DNA of 64,000 nt, from assembly GCA_963754875.1 (NCBI GenBank), contig CAVWHO010000010.1, positions 256,001 through 320,000 on the forward strand, written 5' to 3'. The notes below the pieces were generated by a model. That model did no database searches. It worked only from the letters and a program-made list of their open reading frames with translations, and was not told the DNA's origin. Of this stretch, positions 60,996-64,000 are shown in pieces; positions within the stretch are counted from its first letter, which is position 1, and the number at the start of each line of letters is the position of its first letter. This DNA is from Nitrospirota bacterium (lineage in GTDB: Bacteria > Nitrospirota > UBA9217). The position numbers and the translations under genes were made by a program.

Positions 60996-61042
60996 AACGC
61001 CTTGGTCCAAAGTTCCCTTGGTCCGAAAATTGAGGAGAAAGA

Positions 61043-61975
61043 ATGAGAATACTCGTAACCGGCGGCGCCGGATTTCTGGGATCACACCTCTGCGAGCGGC
61101 TGTTGGCAGCAGGAAATGAGGTGCTCTGTCTCGATAATTTTTTTACCGGCAGAAAAAAGAACGTGCAGCACCTGCTGAACAAGCCTTATTTCGAGCTAAT
61201 CCGCCACGATGTGACCCTGCCGGTCCTGCTCGAAGTGGACAGGATCTATCATCTGGCTTGTCCTGCATCCCCTATTCATTATCAGTACAATGCCATTAAG
61301 ACCATCAAAGCCAATGTGCTGGGGACGATCAATATGCTCGGCATGGCAAAACGGGTAAAGGCGAGGATCCTCTTCGCCTCCACCTCGGAGGTGTACGGCG
61401 ACCCCACGGTGCATCCCCAAAAGGAGGACTATTGGGGCAACGTGAACACCATCGGGATCAGGAGCTGCTACGACGAGGGCAAGCGCGTGGCAGAGACCCT
61501 GATGATGGACTACCACCGACAGAACAAGGTCGACATCAAGATCGTCCGCATATTCAATACCTACGGTCCACGCATGCTGCCCGATGACGGACGTGTCGTG
61601 AGCAACTTCATTATCCAGGCGCTCAAAGGCGAGGACATCACGGTCTACGGAAAAGGATCCCAGACGCGTTCATTCTGTTTTGTTGACGATCTTGTCGAAG
61701 GTATGATCCGCATGATGGACAGCGAGAACTTTACCGGACCGGTGAACCTCGGGAATCCGGAAGAATACACGATCCTCGAGTTCGCCCAGAAAATTATCTC
61801 TATGACGGGATCGAAATCGAAAATATCGTATAAGCCCCTTCCGTCCGATGACCCCCAGCAGCGCCAGCCCGATATAACGCTTGCAGGCCAAAAACTGGGA
61901 TGGAAACCCGTCGTTTCCGTGACGGATGGACTGAAGAGAACCATAGACTATTTTGAGAAAGAACTGGCGTCGTAA
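61043..61975 (+). CDS. UDP-glucuronate decarboxylase (UDP-xylose synthase family SDR)
   Basis: [56 protein letters not shown]. Confidence 0.95.
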   Translation: MRILVTGGAGFLGSHLCERLLAAGNEVLCLDNFFTGRKKNVQHLLNKPYFELIRHDVTLPVLLEVDRIYHLACPASPIHYQYNAIKTIKANVLGTINMLGMAKRVKARILFASTSEVYGDPTVHPQKEDYWGNVNTIGIRSCYDEGKRVAETLMMDYHRQNKVDIKIVRIFNTYGPRMLPDDGRVVSNFIIQALKGEDITVYGKGSQTRSFCFVDDLVEGMIRMMDSENFTGPVNLGNPEEYTILEFAQKIISMTGSKSKISYKPLPSDDPQQRQPDITLAGQKLGWKPVVSVTDGLKRTIDYFEKELAS

Positions 61976-62031
61976 AGGCAGGGCGCATGGGGCAGAGGGC
62001 ATGGTGAAAAACCCCATGCTCCATGCCGCTT
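61976..62031. repeat. Short heptamer array with inverted copies (GCATGG-type)
   Basis: ggcagggcgcatggggcagagggcatgg ... ccatgctccatgcc. Confidence 0.65.
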
Positions 62032-62042
62032 TAAACAGGACA

Positions 62043-62816
62043 ATGAAAAATAATCAAAACCGCATCGTTGCCCTTATCCCCGCCCGTTACGGGTCCACCC
62101 GTTTTCCCGGCAAATCACTTGTCTCAATAAAGGGAAAACCCATGATCCAATGGGTTTACGAGCGCACGCGGCTCTCGCGCCTCATCAATCGCGTTGTCGT
62201 TGCCACCGACGATGAGCGGATTATGCAAGCCGTCACGGCCTTCGGCGGAGAAGTTGTCATGACTTCGTCATCCCACCGGACCGGAACGGACCGTATCGCC
62301 GAGGTCGCGCGGAAGCTGGACTGCGACATCGTGGTCAATGTGCAGGGAGACGAACCGTTGATCCAGCCTGAGATGATAGATGAGGCGGTCCGACCGCTCG
62401 TTGACGATGCTTCCATCCCCATGGGCACGCTTTGCAAAAAAATCGAACGCCGTGATGAGGCCTTCGATACGAACGTGGTCAAGGTGGTCTTTGATCAAAA
62501 CAACTTTGCACTGTATTTTTCCCGCGCGCCGATCCCCTGGGACCGGGACCACTGGTCAGGCAAAGAACCGCTCACGGAGATGGTTTTGGCAGGCACGATG
62601 TACAAGCACATAGGGTTGTATGTCTATCGCCGTGAGTTCCTCCTGACTTATGCAGCATTGCCGCAAACCTCGCACGAAACATCGGAAAAGCTTGAGCAGC
62701 TCCGCGCGCTCGATCATGGACACAAAATAAAAGTTGTGGTTACTCCATACGAGTCCTTTGGTGTTGACATCCCCGATGATTTGGGTAAAATACTGAAACA
62801 TCTTGAAGAATGTTGA
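62043..62816 (+). CDS. kdsB: 3-deoxy-manno-octulosonate cytidylyltransferase (CMP-Kdo synthetase)
   Basis: [47 protein letters not shown]. Confidence 0.96.
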   Translation: MKNNQNRIVALIPARYGSTRFPGKSLVSIKGKPMIQWVYERTRLSRLINRVVVATDDERIMQAVTAFGGEVVMTSSSHRTGTDRIAEVARKLDCDIVVNVQGDEPLIQPEMIDEAVRPLVDDASIPMGTLCKKIERRDEAFDTNVVKVVFDQNNFALYFSRAPIPWDRDHWSGKEPLTEMVLAGTMYKHIGLYVYRREFLLTYAALPQTSHETSEKLEQLRALDHGHKIKVVVTPYESFGVDIPDDLGKILKHLEEC

Positions 62817-62824
62817 GGGCGGCC

Positions 62825-64000
62825 ATGGAAATGAAAAAGAAGGAAACAAAGTACATTTTTGTCACAGGCGGCGTGGTTTCGTCGCTCGGGAAAGGCCTTG
62901 CCGCGGCATCTATCGGCGCGCTCCTTGAATCACGGGGCCTCAAAGTGACGTTTCTGAAGCTCGACCCCTACATCAACGTGGACCCGGGGACCATGAGCCC
63001 GTTTCAGCATGGCGAAGTTTACGTGACCGACGACGGCGCCGAGACGGACCTGGACCTCGGGCACTACGAGCGTTACACGAACGTTACCACGGCCCAGAAG
63101 AACAATTTTACGTCCGGAAGGATCTATAACAACGTCATCACGAAAGAACGGCGCGGCGACTACCTCGGCGGCACGGTGCAGGTCGTGCCGCACATCACCG
63201 ACGAGATCAAGCGCGCAATCACCGATCTCGCTGACGACGAAGACGTCGTGATCGTGGAAATCGGCGGCACCATCGGCGACATTGAGAGCTTGCCGTTCCT
63301 TGAGGCCATCCGACAGCTTCGGTACAGCCTTGGCAGGCATAACGTGCTTTATGTTCATCTTACCCTCGTGCCCTTCATCAAAGCGGCCGATGAGCTCAAA
63401 ACCAAACCCACACAGCACAGCGTCAAAGAGCTTCTCTCCATCGGAATCCAGCCGGATATCCTCGTGTGCAGAAGCGACCGGAATATTCCGAAAGATATGA
63501 AGCGTAAGATCGCGTTGTTCTGCAACGTGGACGAGAACGCGGTCATCACGGCTCAGGACGTTGATACTATTTATGAAGTGCCCATTTGTCTGCACGAAGA
63601 GGGGATCGATGACCGCATCGCTGAATTGCTGGATTTGAAGGTTTCGAAAATCGATCTCAAACCGTGGGAAAAGATCATTGAACGCGTCAAACATCCTTCG
63701 AAGAACGTCACCATCGCCCTTGTCGGTAAATATATCGACCTCAAAGAAGCGTATAAGAGCCTCTGCGAAGCGCTCACGCACGGCGGTATTGCCAATGACA
63801 CGAGGGTGAACATCTGCTGGGCGGACTCTGAAGACATAGAGAGCAGGGGAACCGAGGCCATGCTCAAAGGCATGGACGGTATTCTGGTTCCCGGCGGGTT
63901 CGGCATACGTGGGGTAGAAGGGAAAATCGCGGCTGTCAAGTATGCCCGGGAAAACAAGATCCCGTACTTCGGCATCTGCCTCGGCATGCAGTGCGCCGTC
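62825..64000 (+). CDS. pyrG: CTP synthase, 3' end outside window (absent from the ORF track)
   Basis: Translated by hand: [51 protein letters not shown]. Confidence 0.97.
   Translation, partial: MEMKKKETKYIFVTGGVVSSLGKGLAAASIGALLESRGLKVTFLKLDPYINVDPGTMSPFQHGEVYVTDDGAETDLDLGHYERYTNVTTAQKNNFTSGRIYNNVITKERRGDYLGGTVQVVPHITDEIKRAITDLADDEDVVIVEIGGTIGDIESLPFLEAIRQLRYSLGRHNVLYVHLTLVPFIKAADELKTKPTQHSVKELLSIGIQPDILVCRSDRNIPKDMKRKIALFCNVDENAVITAQDVDTIYEVPICLHEEGIDDRIAELLDLKVSKIDLKPWEKIIERVKHPSKNVTIALVGKYIDLKEAYKSLCEALTHGGIANDTRVNICWADSEDIESRGTEAMLKGMDGILVPGGFGIRGVEGKIAAVKYARENKIPYFGICLGMQCAV

Noticed and set aside
62930..63987. Long minus-strand ORFs (also 59598-60677, 55707-56789, 1995-2849 and similar)
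   Set aside because: Antisense shadows of well-supported genes such as pyrG, ugd, rfbA and the CDF transporter

Overview
Bacterial chromosomal window from a diderm (LPS-producing) organism of mid-50s GC. It uses the futalosine menaquinone route (mqnA) and has a sigma-54 promoter and a PilZ protein. The gene content suggests Nitrospirota or Desulfobacterota, but that placement is inference only. Left to right: (1-12.2 kb) RND pump end, mqnA, CDF metal exporter, polyprenol-kinase-like gene, a TolC/CoxG/MacAB exporter, a class I terpene synthase, galT and an Old Yellow Enzyme. (12.2-23.5 kb) Two more tripartite exporters, one with a deleted ABC pump, plus a sigma-54-driven small poly-His protein and a Spy/CpxP protein. 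(23.5-33.6 kb) An uncharacterised envelope metal-handling cluster (DUF2318, ABC, two NosL, two thioredoxin-like, beta-barrels) headed by an apparently leaderless DUF2946-like RPP peptide. (34.5-39.5 kb) YbbAP-TesA and a pseudo-receiver-PilZ protein. (40.3-52.0 kb) The best candidate for an undescribed system: a PhcB-like SAM methyltransferase, a type II fatty-acid/PKS cassette (FabG, catalytically dead KS, FabZ, active KS, ACP, FAD oxidoreductase) and two sensor kinases with homologous membrane input domains, together a putative lipid-signal quorum-sensing circuit. An AT-rich central block spans the synthase genes and the first receptor's input domain, and the second receptor lies in an islet bounded by tRNA-Leu 3'-end duplications. 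(52.1-64 kb) tRNA-Leu(UAA), ferredoxin and a core LPS/nucleotide-sugar region (GT9, rfaE1, rfbACDB, ugd, uxs, kdsB, pyrG) with heptamer inverted arrays and a 4 x 85-bp double-hairpin tandem repeat. Five single-base frameshifts, including one in a core LPS gene, suggest assembly indel errors. All family calls come from motif recognition by eye; no searches were run.
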